DNA of 24,000 bases from Natronoarchaeum philippinense (GCF_900215575.1 NZ_OBEJ01000001.1:858588-882587); one strand, 5' to 3'; shown: positions 1-8,350, numbered from the stretch's first letter. Made by a program: numbers and translations. The notes: generated from the letters alone by a model not told the origin.

Positions 1-1
1 A

Positions 2-412
2 CCCGCCCCCTTCGAAGGTCACCGTGGCCCGGCCGCTGTCGTCGAACGAATACTCCGAGCCGCCGACGGAGAGCGTCGCGCTCGATGCCGGCGTTCCATT
101 CTCGTAGGTGGCGTTAAACAGGACCGCTCCGCCGGGTCGCAACGAGCTGCGGTTGACCTCGAGCGCCAACGCCACTTCCTCGCGGGACTCGTTGTTGATG
201 TCTTGGAACGGAAACACCGTCCCGCTGCCGTCACCACTCATGACCGGCGTCGATCCGACGCCGGCGAGCGCGATGATCAGCGTTCCGAACACGATCACGG
301 CGATCCCGATGATTTTGGGATCCTTGCGCGGATCGTACTCTCTCGACCCGTCGCTGCTGGTGGTCGTTGGGGGGCGGTGGTCGCGCGGTGGGGACGATAC
401 CGTCGTCGTCAC
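2..412 (-). CDS. Hypothetical membrane-anchored, probably extracellular protein; N-terminal part only, gene continues past the window start
   Basis: Absent from the ORF track because it has no in-window stop. Hand translation of the minus strand in frame 412->2 is stop-free. It reads GTG(412-410) MTTTVSSPPRDHRPPTTTSSDGSREYDPRKDPKIIGIAVIVFGTLIIALAGVGSTPVMSGDGSGTVFPFQDINNESREEVALALEVNRSSLRPGGAVLFNATYENGTPASSATLSVGGSEYSFDDSGRATVTFEGGG. An in-frame TAG lies 27 nt upstream of the GTG with no ATG between them. There is one clear TM helix, four N-x-S/T sequons and G/C-ending codons. The start is uncertain; an in-frame ATG at 241-239 is the alternative. Confidence 0.45.
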   Translation of the reverse strand, partial: MTTTVSSPPRDHRPPTTTSSDGSREYDPRKDPKIIGIAVIVFGTLIIALAGVGSTPVMSGDGSGTVFPFQDINNESREEVALALEVNRSSLRPGGAVLFNATYENGTPASSATLSVGGSEYSFDDSGRATVTFEGGG

Positions 413-551
413 GATACGTTGCCTCGCTGGAACGTGCTATGCGGGCGTGCGTTATATGCGTTCGGCTCGGCTGCGAAACGCCGCTACTCCACTGAACCGC
501 CGAACGAACGGCCAAACTATATTGTCGGGGACGCCGAACGCTAAACGACTC

Positions 552-1118
552 ATGACCGAGGAGCCCGAGGAGGCCGAAGACGATCCATCGGTTCTCACTC
601 CCGAGGAGCTACAACTCGAAGACGTTCGGGAAGATGCCGTCCAGAAGATTGGAGACAACAGATACGTCATCAAGCCGAACGAGGACGACTCCGAGGGACA
701 GACGCGGGACGGTCACATCGTCGAAACTCCGGACGCAGACGACGTTCCGGACGCCACACCAGCGCCGGCCCAATCAGACGCTGACGCTCCCAGCGATACC
801 GAAGCGCAAGACGCTTCGAGCCTTGGCCCGGCGTCATCACGCCAAGACGCTGACGCTCGCGAGGACGCCCGATCACAGGACGGACCCAACATCGATCTTG
901 ACGCCAGAACCGTCGCCCTCGAACACGCTACTGGCGAGTACGGCATCGACGCCGTGGTCGACACCGGCGACGGTATCGTCGAACGACGCATCACCGCCGA
1001 CGACCAGATCGGCGTCTTCGAGTCGTTCCTGCGATGGTACGCGCTACAGATCGATGCCGAAAGTCCGCCAGCGGCGACGATTTCTGCGATGCTGGCCGAA
1101 GCAGACCTCAGTGAGTGA
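552..1118 (+). CDS. Uncharacterised highly acidic cytoplasmic protein directly upstream of, and co-oriented with, the archaellum operon
   Basis: In-frame ATG at 552 inside track ORF 108..1118, whose upstream part is the antisense shadow of the minus-strand gene at 2..412. It begins MTEEPEEAEDDPSVLTPEELQLEDV and has a D/E/A/P/S-rich middle. The more ordered C-terminus reads GIVERRITADDQIGVFESFLRWYALQIDAE. Codon bias is typical of halophiles. I recognise no family motif. Confidence 0.6.
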   Translation: MTEEPEEAEDDPSVLTPEELQLEDVREDAVQKIGDNRYVIKPNEDDSEGQTRDGHIVETPDADDVPDATPAPAQSDADAPSDTEAQDASSLGPASSRQDADAREDARSQDGPNIDLDARTVALEHATGEYGIDAVVDTGDGIVERRITADDQIGVFESFLRWYALQIDAESPPAATISAMLAEADLSE

Positions 1119-1260
1119 CGCCGCCGTCACGCTCCGAGCGAGCGTCGAGACTACTGGATTAGCCACGCGTCGTCTCGACGCCGATCGTTGCCTCATTAAT
1201 TAGGTACGTGATTTATCCGTAGAGGTGCGCAATCAGCGTTCAGCTTTAGATGGGCGATTC

Positions 1261-2253
1261 ATGAATATTGGAACGATTCTGGACGAACTCGGGTTGGACG
1301 CGCTCGCACCGGGAGGCCCGGATCGTCCCGACGCCGGACCGGACGGACCGCAAGACGACGACTCCGAGGAGGACGAGGAGTCCGAGGCCGTCGACGAACA
1401 GTCGGACGGCGAGGAAAGCACCGGCAGCCGTTCCGGTGGACTGTTCGGCGGCCGATCGAGCGACGACGCCGACGACGAACTCGTCGAGCGCCTCGACGAC
1501 GTCGAGTACGAGATCGACCAGATTCGTAACGATGTCGAGCAAAACGAGGCGACGATCGAGGGGATCGAGAGCGAGCAGCTCGATCTCCACGACCGGATGG
1601 GCCAGATCGAAGAGCACAACGCCACGCTGCTGGGCGTCTACGATCAGCTCACCGACGGCGTCAATCCCTTTACCGACAGCTGGGATCACTCCAGCGAGCC
1701 CAAAGCCAACGGCGGCGAGTCGACCTACGGCGTCATCCCGAACGAGGACGACGACAGTCCCGAGCAAGAGGAGCGGCGGACGCGCAAGCGTCGTGAGGGT
1801 CGCTCCCGCCGCGACGAGACTGCGGACAGCACTGACGACGAGCAGGATGCGGACGACGCCGACGAGCGGGCGCCGACGCCGAGTCCCGAGCCCGCCTCGA
1901 CGCCGGTGCCGGAGACGCCGCCGTCGGGGACGACGCCGCCGGAGAACGGGCCGTACCTGACGGAGTTCGCCGACACGTACGCCACCGACGTGCTCGTCAT
2001 GGAGTGGCTCTCGATGCTGATCGACACCGCCGGCGAGGAAGGCGCACTCAAGGCGCTGGATCACTACGACCGCATCGACTGGGTCAGCGAGTCGATCCGC
2101 CGGCAGCTTGAGGTCGTACTTAGCGGCGCGTGGAGCGAGTCAGACACCGCACCACGAAACGATCTGAGCACCGACGTTCACGACCGAAGCTTCCGGTTTA
2201 TCGCACGGCTCTCCCAGCAGGCACAGCTTGCCAAGACCGACCACCGGAGGTGA
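1261..2253 (+). CDS. arlCE: Archaellum accessory protein ArlC/E type (FlaC-like coiled coil fused to a FlaD/E domain)
   Basis: The N-terminal coiled coil LVERLDDVEYEIDQIRNDVEQNEATIEGIESEQLDLHDRMGQIEEHNATLLGVYDQLTDGVNPF is FlaC-like and ends in NPF. The C-terminal PYLTEFADTYATDVLVMEWLSMLIDTAGEEGALKALDHYDRIDWVSESIRRQL is a FlaD/E domain and is visibly paralogous to ORF 7523..8086. It heads a tightly packed arlF-G-H-I-J series. I chose ATG 1261 (MNIGTILDEL); the track's GTG at 1225 is an alternative. Confidence 0.8.
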   Translation: MNIGTILDELGLDALAPGGPDRPDAGPDGPQDDDSEEDEESEAVDEQSDGEESTGSRSGGLFGGRSSDDADDELVERLDDVEYEIDQIRNDVEQNEATIEGIESEQLDLHDRMGQIEEHNATLLGVYDQLTDGVNPFTDSWDHSSEPKANGGESTYGVIPNEDDDSPEQEERRTRKRREGRSRRDETADSTDDEQDADDADERAPTPSPEPASTPVPETPPSGTTPPENGPYLTEFADTYATDVLVMEWLSMLIDTAGEEGALKALDHYDRIDWVSESIRRQLEVVLSGAWSESDTAPRNDLSTDVHDRSFRFIARLSQQAQLAKTDHRR

Positions 2254-2259
2254 CCGAGG

Positions 2260-2706
2260 ATGGGATTCAGCACCAGCGCTGCCGTCGCAGTCGTCTCGAT
2301 CGGCGTGTTGATCAGCGTCGGGCTGCTGTATCCCGCAGTCGAACAGTCCGTTCAAGATATCTCCGACGCGACCGACCAGCGCCAAGATCGGATGCTCGAC
2401 ACGCGCAACAGCGACGCGCTCGTCTACAGTGCGAGTTACAACGCGACGAGCGACGTTCTCAACGTCACGGTCAACAACACCGGCACGGTGACGATGGGCA
2501 CCGCGGCGACTGACCTGCTAGTTGACGGGCGGCTGGCGACGAATCGGTCGACGTTCGTCGGCGGCGTCGGCGGGCGCGAGCTTTGGGTGCCCGGCGAACA
2601 GCTACGAATCGCGGCGTCTAACGTCACGACGGCACCCGAACGGGTGGTCGTCGTGACCGGCACCGGGCTGGAACGGACGAACACCAGCGTCGCGGAGGTG
2701 GCCTGA
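2260..2706 (+). CDS. arlF: Archaellum accessory protein ArlF (FlaF)
   Basis: The N-terminus MGFSTSAAVAVVSIGVLISVGLL is archaellin-like and hydrophobic, followed by a beta-rich domain with NxT/S sites. The gene sits between arlCE and arlG. A GGAGG lies just upstream, and the start is 6 nt after the arlCE stop. Confidence 0.8.
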   Translation: MGFSTSAAVAVVSIGVLISVGLLYPAVEQSVQDISDATDQRQDRMLDTRNSDALVYSASYNATSDVLNVTVNNTGTVTMGTAATDLLVDGRLATNRSTFVGGVGGRELWVPGEQLRIAASNVTTAPERVVVVTGTGLERTNTSVAEVA

Positions 2707-2707
2707 C

Positions 2708-3163
2708 GTGGCGAGCGTCTCCGTCTCCCATCTGATCATCTTCATCGCGGCGCTGACGGTGTCGGTCGGTGTCGCCACGACGCTGACGGTCAACGTCCAG
2801 AGCATGACCGCCTCGATGGACGAACGGGGCGAAAGCGTCGCCAACGACATCGAGACCGACGTGACCATCATCAGCGATCCCGGCAGCCCCGCCTCGATCT
2901 ACGACGGCGCCGGCAACGTAACGCTCCTCGTGAAAAACACCGGCGACAGGCCGATCGACATCGAGAACGACCCGCCTGACGTGCTGATCGACGGGCGCTA
3001 CCAGCCGTCACCGACAGTCACTATCATCGGCGACTCGTCGACGGCGTGGGGCGAAGACGACGTGATTCGTGTCGTCGTCGACGAGAGCTTAGAGCCGGGC
3101 GGCCACAGAGCGACCGTGCGCACCGGATCGGCCGAAGCGACCATGCGATTCCGCGTCAACTGA
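2708..3163 (+). CDS. arlG: Archaellum accessory protein ArlG (FlaG)
   Basis: The GTG start is 1 nt after the arlF stop. The N-terminus MASVSVSHLIIFIAALTVSVGVATTL is a FlaG-type hydrophobic segment. The gene occupies the conserved position before arlH. Confidence 0.8.
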   Translation: MASVSVSHLIIFIAALTVSVGVATTLTVNVQSMTASMDERGESVANDIETDVTIISDPGSPASIYDGAGNVTLLVKNTGDRPIDIENDPPDVLIDGRYQPSPTVTIIGDSSTAWGEDDVIRVVVDESLEPGGHRATVRTGSAEATMRFRVN

Positions 3164-3170
3164 CCTGACC

Positions 3171-3926
3171 ATGCCCGATCTATACAATCTCGGACTCGAA
3201 GAGCGCGACCGGGTGAACCCGTCGCTTGGCGGCGGGCTCCCCGAGGGGAGTATCGTACTGATCGAAGGGAAACACGGCGCCGGCAAGAGCGTCATCACGC
3301 AACGGTTCTGCTATGGCCTCTGCGAAACCGGCACGAACGTGACCTACGTATCGGCCGAGCACACCGCCGGCGGGCTGATCAAGCAGATGGGGTCGATGGA
3401 GTACGATATCGTCGACCACCTGCTGCGCGAACAGCTGTTGTTCCTGCACGCCGACGTGGACACCGTCGACACGATCAACGGCGACGAAGATCCCGAGCCG
3501 TCGACGGGCCGCGAACTCATCACCCAGATGATGCGCGCGGAGGTGATGTGGCGCAGCGACGTGATTATTTTCGACGGGTTCGACGGCATACTCCTGCACG
3601 ATCCCCACTACGAGGCGATCAGCGAGCACGGCGACGCCGACGACATCATGCAGAACCTCATCACCTACTTCCGGCAGATCGTCGGTCAAGATAAGACGAT
3701 CGTGCTGACCGTCAATCCCGATTCGCTGTCCCGGACAGCCCTGCGGCCTCTGCGTGACGTATCGAACGTCTATCTCTCCTTAGAGATGGAATCGATCGGG
3801 AACGAGGTCCGGCGGAAGATGGTCGTCAAGAAGTTCGCCGGGATGGGTAATCAGGTCGACGACAACATCGGCTTTGCCGTCCAGTCGGGGCGTGGGCTGA
3901 CGATCGTAACGCGAACGGTGGCCTGA
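3171..3926 (+). CDS. arlH: Archaellum KaiC/RecA-like ATP-binding protein ArlH (FlaH)
   Basis: Walker A motif in GGGLPEGSIVLIEGKHGAGKS. Walker B-like VIIFDGFD. About 250 aa. Located directly before arlI with a 3-nt gap. Confidence 0.88.
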   Translation: MPDLYNLGLEERDRVNPSLGGGLPEGSIVLIEGKHGAGKSVITQRFCYGLCETGTNVTYVSAEHTAGGLIKQMGSMEYDIVDHLLREQLLFLHADVDTVDTINGDEDPEPSTGRELITQMMRAEVMWRSDVIIFDGFDGILLHDPHYEAISEHGDADDIMQNLITYFRQIVGQDKTIVLTVNPDSLSRTALRPLRDVSNVYLSLEMESIGNEVRRKMVVKKFAGMGNQVDDNIGFAVQSGRGLTIVTRTVA

Positions 3927-3929
3927 CAG

Positions 3930-5615
3930 ATGACGGAACTCGGCTCCCCCCAACTGACCGGCCGCCTCGAATCGCTGGCAAACGAGCACGACCACCTGCG
4001 CCAGCATCTCGAATCGAAGCGCGAAGAGCACGGTGAGTATCCGACCTACACCGACGAACTCGAAGACCAACACGAGATTGCTCGCCCCAACGTCGTCTAC
4101 CCGACCCAAGGCGAGCATCCGGTGTTCTGTCACGTCCACGGCGACGTTGGGTCCTCGACGACCTACTACGTCGTCGAGCCGACGCTAGACGCCGACGAGC
4201 AGGAGACGTTCAAGGAGGTCCGGCAGCGCATTCTCGAAAAGAGCGTCAACAAGCCCGCGCCCAGCGACGACGAACAGTTCGTCGATCACATCGACGAGTT
4301 GCTCGGAGCAGTGTCCCACGTCGGCGGGACCGCAACCGGCGCGCTCCAGCAGTTGCTCGGCACGCGAATATCGCTGTCCAGAGAGACGTACCACCGGATT
4401 CGCTACCGCCTCCAGCGCGACATCGTCGGGTTGGGGCCGCTCAACCCGGTGATGCAGGACCCGCAGAACGAGGACATCCACGTCATCGGCCCCCACCAGT
4501 GCTACGTCGATCACGGAACCTACGGCATGTTGCCGACGACGGTTGATTTCGGCACGCCCGCCGAATTCGAAAACTGGATCCGCAACATGGGCGAGCGGAT
4601 GGACACGCCGGTCAGCGACTCGAACCCGATCATCGACTCGACGCTGCCCGACGGCTCGCGTATCAACATCATCTACTCCGACGACGTGTCCGTGCAGGGG
4701 CCCTCGCTGACGATCCGTCAGGGCGACGAGGTCCCCTTGTCGGTGTTCCAGATCACCAAGTGGGGCACCCTCTCTCCGAAGTTGGCGGCGTACCTCTGGC
4801 TCTGTCTGGAGAACGAACAAACCGTGTTCGTCGTCGGCGAGACGGCGTCGGGCAAGACGACGACGCTGAACGCCATCACCTCGTTCATTCCCCGCGACTC
4901 GAAGATTTACACCGCAGAAGACACCGCCGAGGTGCTCCCGCCCCACGACACGTGGCAACAGCTCTTGACTCGCGAGGGGCAGGGCGACGACGAGAGTTCC
5001 GACATCGACCTGTTCGACCTCGTCGCGGCGGCGCTACGTTCTCGCCCGGACTACATCATCGTGGGCGAGGTTCGTGGCGCCGAGGGACAGATGGCGTTTC
5101 AGGCCGCCCAGACGGGCCACCCCGTCATGCTGACGTTCCACGCCTCAGACATCGTCTCGATGATCCAGCGCTTTACCGGCGAGCCGATCAACGTCCCCGA
5201 GACGTTCATGGACAACTGCGACGTGGCACTGTTCCAGAACCGCGTCAAACAGGGCGACCGCGTCCTGCGGCGCGTGACGAGCGTCCAAGAGATCGAGGGG
5301 TACTCGAAGGTCGACGACGGCGTCATCACGCAGCAGGCGTTCAAGTGGGATCCCACCGACGACGAGATCGTCTTCACCGGGATGAACAACTCCCACGTGC
5401 TCGAAAACCAGATCGCAGAGCTGCTCGGCTACGAGAACACCCGAGATATCTACGACGAACTCGATCGACGCGCGCAGATCATCGAACGGTTGATCGAGGC
5501 CGACGTGCTCGGCTACGACGAGGTCAACGACGCCATCCAAGTGTTCCAGCGCGACGGCGTCGAGTCGCTGCCGATCGACATCACCGGCCTGCCATCGTCG
5601 CCCCAGTCGGTCTGA
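3930..5615 (+). CDS. arlI: Archaellum motor ATPase ArlI (FlaI), type II/IV secretion NTPase superfamily
   Basis: Walker A VVGETASGKTTTLNA. RPDYIIVGEVRGAEG supplies the Walker B and Asp/His-box region. 561 aa. Operon context. Confidence 0.93.
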   Translation: MTELGSPQLTGRLESLANEHDHLRQHLESKREEHGEYPTYTDELEDQHEIARPNVVYPTQGEHPVFCHVHGDVGSSTTYYVVEPTLDADEQETFKEVRQRILEKSVNKPAPSDDEQFVDHIDELLGAVSHVGGTATGALQQLLGTRISLSRETYHRIRYRLQRDIVGLGPLNPVMQDPQNEDIHVIGPHQCYVDHGTYGMLPTTVDFGTPAEFENWIRNMGERMDTPVSDSNPIIDSTLPDGSRINIIYSDDVSVQGPSLTIRQGDEVPLSVFQITKWGTLSPKLAAYLWLCLENEQTVFVVGETASGKTTTLNAITSFIPRDSKIYTAEDTAEVLPPHDTWQQLLTREGQGDDESSDIDLFDLVAAALRSRPDYIIVGEVRGAEGQMAFQAAQTGHPVMLTFHASDIVSMIQRFTGEPINVPETFMDNCDVALFQNRVKQGDRVLRRVTSVQEIEGYSKVDDGVITQQAFKWDPTDDEIVFTGMNNSHVLENQIAELLGYENTRDIYDELDRRAQIIERLIEADVLGYDEVNDAIQVFQRDGVESLPIDITGLPSSPQSV

Positions 5616-5709
5616 CCGGGCGCCGAGCGCGTCCCCAGTTGGGGTAACGTTTCGTACCTGCAGCGCAATCACCAGAGCGAACGGCTGACGACCGACTCCA
5701 CGACCACGT

Positions 5710-7458
5710 ATGGCGACTAGCTCCGACACGGCGACGGCGACCGACGCGACCCAGACAGAGGAGGGTGACTCGGTCGATCTCAAGGAGGCGATCCGGTCGC
5801 TGGTACTCGCCTACGAGCACATGGACATGTCGATCCGTCGGTACCTTCTCACCGTGTTGCTGCCGTCGGTCGTCGGCGCCGGTGCGGTGATGATCTCGCC
5901 GCTGTTCATACCGATCCCCGGCGTGGCGACGGGACCGGTGATCATGCTCGCGCTCCTGTTGCCGTTCGTCGCAATCGTCTACCCCAAGCTGATGCAGGAC
6001 CGAAAGCAACAGCAGGTCCGCGAGCGCTTTCATTTGTTTATCACTCATATCACGGTGCTGTCGACGACCAACATCGACCGCGTGGAGGTGTTTCGTACGC
6101 TCTCGAAGGAAGACGAGTACAAAGCGATTGCCACCGAGATGGGCCACATCGTCGCGCTGATCGACACGTGGAACCAGAGTCTCGACGACGCGTGTCGGTT
6201 CCGCGCTCGGCGCGTCTCCAGCCCGCTCATGCGGGACTTCCTCGAACGGTTAGCCTACACCGTCGGCGCGGGCCAGCCCATGTCGGAGTTCCTGCTGTCC
6301 GAGCAGGACAACATCCTCCGGAACTTCACGACGCGGTACGAGAACCAACTCGATCGCCTGAGCGTGATGAAAGACGTCTACCTCTCGGTGATCAACTCGA
6401 CGACGTTCGGGCTGGTCTTTGCAATCTTGCTCCCGTTCCTGATCGGGATCGACCCGATGATCGCCCTCTCGAGCGTCATTACGCTGTTTTTCTTCGTCCA
6501 ACTAGCGTTCCTGTACGTGATGAACAACGTCGCACCACAGGACCCGGTGTGGAGTCACGCCGACGGCATCGCGCTGGATCGCAACGTCCGGCTTCGCATC
6601 GCGCTGATCGTCGGAACGGGGCTTGCGTTGTTGCTCGCGGCGGTGACCTACCTCGCGCTCGACGGCGTGCTCCCGGACGGCGGGCTTCCCGACGCGATCT
6701 GGATGGCGGTACCGTTTACCCCGCTTTTGATTCCGGGGCTCGTAATCCGGCGCGAGGAGAGCCGCGTCAAAGAGCGCGACGGCGAGTTCCCCTCGTTCAT
6801 CCGAGCGCTCGGGGCCGTCGAGAGCGTCAAGCAGAGTTCCTCGTCGTCGGTGCTGTCGAGCCTCCGGCGCAAGGACTTCGGCGCACTGACCGACAACGTC
6901 AACGACCTGTACAAGCGCCTTGCGATGCAGATCAACTCGACGCTCGCTTGGCGGTACTTCGCCGCCGAGACGGGATCGTACCTGATCCAGAAGTTCAGCG
7001 ACATGTACGTCGTCGGCCGCCGAATGGGCGGCGAGCCGCGTCAGCTGGGTGACCTCATCGAGACGAACTTCACGCAGGTGCTGAACCTCCGCCAGATGCG
7101 AACCCAAGAGACCGGCACGATTATCGGCGTCATCTACGGCATCACCGCGACCAGTACGTTCGCCTTTTTCGTCGGGTTGGAGATCGTGAACCTCCTCAAA
7201 AACATCACCGCCGACATGGAACTGAGTCAGGCCGGCATGGGCGCGCTGTTGCACCCGCAGGTGTACGACGTGCCCGAGATCCGCTTTTACCTGTTCGTCG
7301 CGGTGATTCTCAACGCCTTCCTGTCGTCGATGATGATCCGAATTATCGACCGCGGGCACTCGCTCAACGCGCTGACACACTTCGTCGCGATGGTCTGGAT
7401 GAGCGCCATCATCTCGTGGGTTACCACGGTGCTGATGTCGGCGATCATCTCGGTCTGA
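5710..7458 (+). CDS. arlJ: Archaellum membrane platform protein ArlJ (FlaJ), TadB/C-GspF-like
   Basis: 582-aa polytopic membrane protein with several long hydrophobic segments and two cytoplasmic soluble domains. It lies directly downstream of arlI. Confidence 0.88.
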   Translation: MATSSDTATATDATQTEEGDSVDLKEAIRSLVLAYEHMDMSIRRYLLTVLLPSVVGAGAVMISPLFIPIPGVATGPVIMLALLLPFVAIVYPKLMQDRKQQQVRERFHLFITHITVLSTTNIDRVEVFRTLSKEDEYKAIATEMGHIVALIDTWNQSLDDACRFRARRVSSPLMRDFLERLAYTVGAGQPMSEFLLSEQDNILRNFTTRYENQLDRLSVMKDVYLSVINSTTFGLVFAILLPFLIGIDPMIALSSVITLFFFVQLAFLYVMNNVAPQDPVWSHADGIALDRNVRLRIALIVGTGLALLLAAVTYLALDGVLPDGGLPDAIWMAVPFTPLLIPGLVIRREESRVKERDGEFPSFIRALGAVESVKQSSSSSVLSSLRRKDFGALTDNVNDLYKRLAMQINSTLAWRYFAAETGSYLIQKFSDMYVVGRRMGGEPRQLGDLIETNFTQVLNLRQMRTQETGTIIGVIYGITATSTFAFFVGLEIVNLLKNITADMELSQAGMGALLHPQVYDVPEIRFYLFVAVILNAFLSSMMIRIIDRGHSLNALTHFVAMVWMSAIISWVTTVLMSAIISV

Positions 7459-7522
7459 ACGACGCCGAAGGACAATCGCCGGTGCTGGCGAAGGAATACG
7501 AGAGCAGAGAAGGAAGACCCCG

Positions 7523-8086
7523 TTACTCGTCGGACGCGTCGGCGTCGTCGTGGTGCTCGTGACAGAACTCGCTGTCGCCCAGCGCCGGCCGGGTGCAGGC
7601 CTCGCCGTCCGCGGTCGTCGCGGCGCACTGGTTTTCCTTCGGCACGCTGCCACTGGAGTCGTCATTACCACCGAGCCCGCCGACGGCGCCCATCGCCTCG
7701 TCGCCGAGTCGGAGCGTCGTCAGATCGCGCTCGATGCTGTCGCCGGCGATCGCGGCGACGAACTCCAGCGAGCGCGCGTGTCGCTCGTAGGGCGTGTCCC
7801 GAAGCGACTCGACGCTGGTCTCGCGGTCGATCGCCTCGTCGCCGGTCAGCTCGTCGACCGAGAGCCCGCGCACGTAGTCGACCATCGTGTTGTACACCTC
7901 CTCGCTGATCCAACGCACGTCGCGGTAGTACCGCAACGCGCGGATCGCGCCGCTGGATCCGAAGGCGCTCCCGAGATATCGGGCCCACGCCATCGCCGTG
8001 ACCTGCTCTGCGGCCGTGCCGTCGAGGCTCTCCAGATGTGGACCGCCTGTCGACGGCGCCGAGTGATGCTGGCTCAAATGTTCCAC
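7523..8086 (-). CDS. arlD: FlaD/E-domain archaellum switch-complex protein (ArlD-like) with a C-terminal Cys/His cluster
   Basis: PHLESLDGTAAEQVTAMAWARYLGSAFGSSGAIRALRYYRDVRWISEEVYNTMVDYVRGL aligns by eye with the FlaD/E domain of the arlCE product (ALKALDHYDRIDWVSESI against AIRALRYYRDVRWISEEV). The C-terminal tail reads NQCAATTADGEACTRPALGDSEFCHEHH. The gene is convergent with arlJ. Confidence 0.75.
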   Translation of the reverse strand: MEHLSQHHSAPSTGGPHLESLDGTAAEQVTAMAWARYLGSAFGSSGAIRALRYYRDVRWISEEVYNTMVDYVRGLSVDELTGDEAIDRETSVESLRDTPYERHARSLEFVAAIAGDSIERDLTTLRLGDEAMGAVGGLGGNDDSSGSVPKENQCAATTADGEACTRPALGDSEFCHEHHDDADASDE

Positions 8087-8111
8087 CTGCGAGACCTATC
8101 TAACCGAACGG

Positions 8112-8126
8112 GCATATCATTTTTTG
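8112..8126 (-). promoter_or_regulatory. TATA-like box of the arlD-like gene
   Basis: The minus strand reads CAAAAAATGATATGC, 26-40 nt upstream of the ATG at 8086. The spacing is of the leaderless type. Confidence 0.3.
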
Positions 8127-8297
8127 ACAACGAATTATAACGACGCCGGATCGGGTGGACAGGCTGGGAGAGGTATTCAGAGATGATCCAAAACGCTCCC
8201 AATTCGGGCTAACACTACAATATACCTCGAATAGCGGCACCAACCTAATTAGATAGGGTGTGGTATCGCGGTGGGCCTACTCCCCTAGGTAGCATCC

Positions 8298-8309
8298 TTT
8301 TTTCATATA
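8298..8309 (+). promoter_or_regulatory. TATA-like box of the archaellin gene
   Basis: TTTTTTCATATA lies about 70 nt upstream of ATG 8376. This implies a leader of about 45 nt containing the 8329-8350 hairpin and a GAGGA Shine-Dalgarno-like element. Confidence 0.4.
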
Positions 8310-8328
8310 CCTTGTAAGGAAGGTGTAG

Positions 8329-8350
8329 CGGCCGACCGAGACGGTGGCCG
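8329..8350 (+). other. Predicted stem-loop in the archaellin mRNA leader
   Basis: In CGGCCgACCGagaCGGTGGCCG, 8329-8333 pairs with 8346-8350 and 8335-8338 pairs with 8342-8345. G8334 is a bulge and the loop is 3 nt. That gives 9 bp, 8 of them G:C. Confidence 0.3.

Noticed and set aside
108-551. N-terminal 148 codons of track ORF 108..1118
   Set aside because: This part (MALNRTAPPGRNELRLTSSANATSS...) lies exactly antisense to a better minus-strand frame that has a TM helix and good codon bias (2..412). The acidic protein most plausibly starts at ATG 552, after an AT-richer gap with TATA-like elements.
7380-7458. Repeated peptide MSAIIS...MSAIIS at the ArlJ C-terminus
   Set aside because: The two copies are encoded by different codons (agc gcc atc atc tcg and tcg gcg atc atc tcg), so this is not a DNA duplication or slippage artefact. 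It is most likely a coincidental hydrophobic repeat within the last TM helix.
6502-7671. 389-aa minus-strand ORF opposite arlJ
   Set aside because: It is the antisense shadow of a polytopic membrane protein gene and is Arg/His/Asp-rich. The same reasoning applies to 16051..17367(+), 22683..23768(-), 5145..5783(-), 4185..4958(-), 1246..2064(-), 11562..12431(-), 12567..13433(-) and the other overlapping alternative-frame ORFs in the track.
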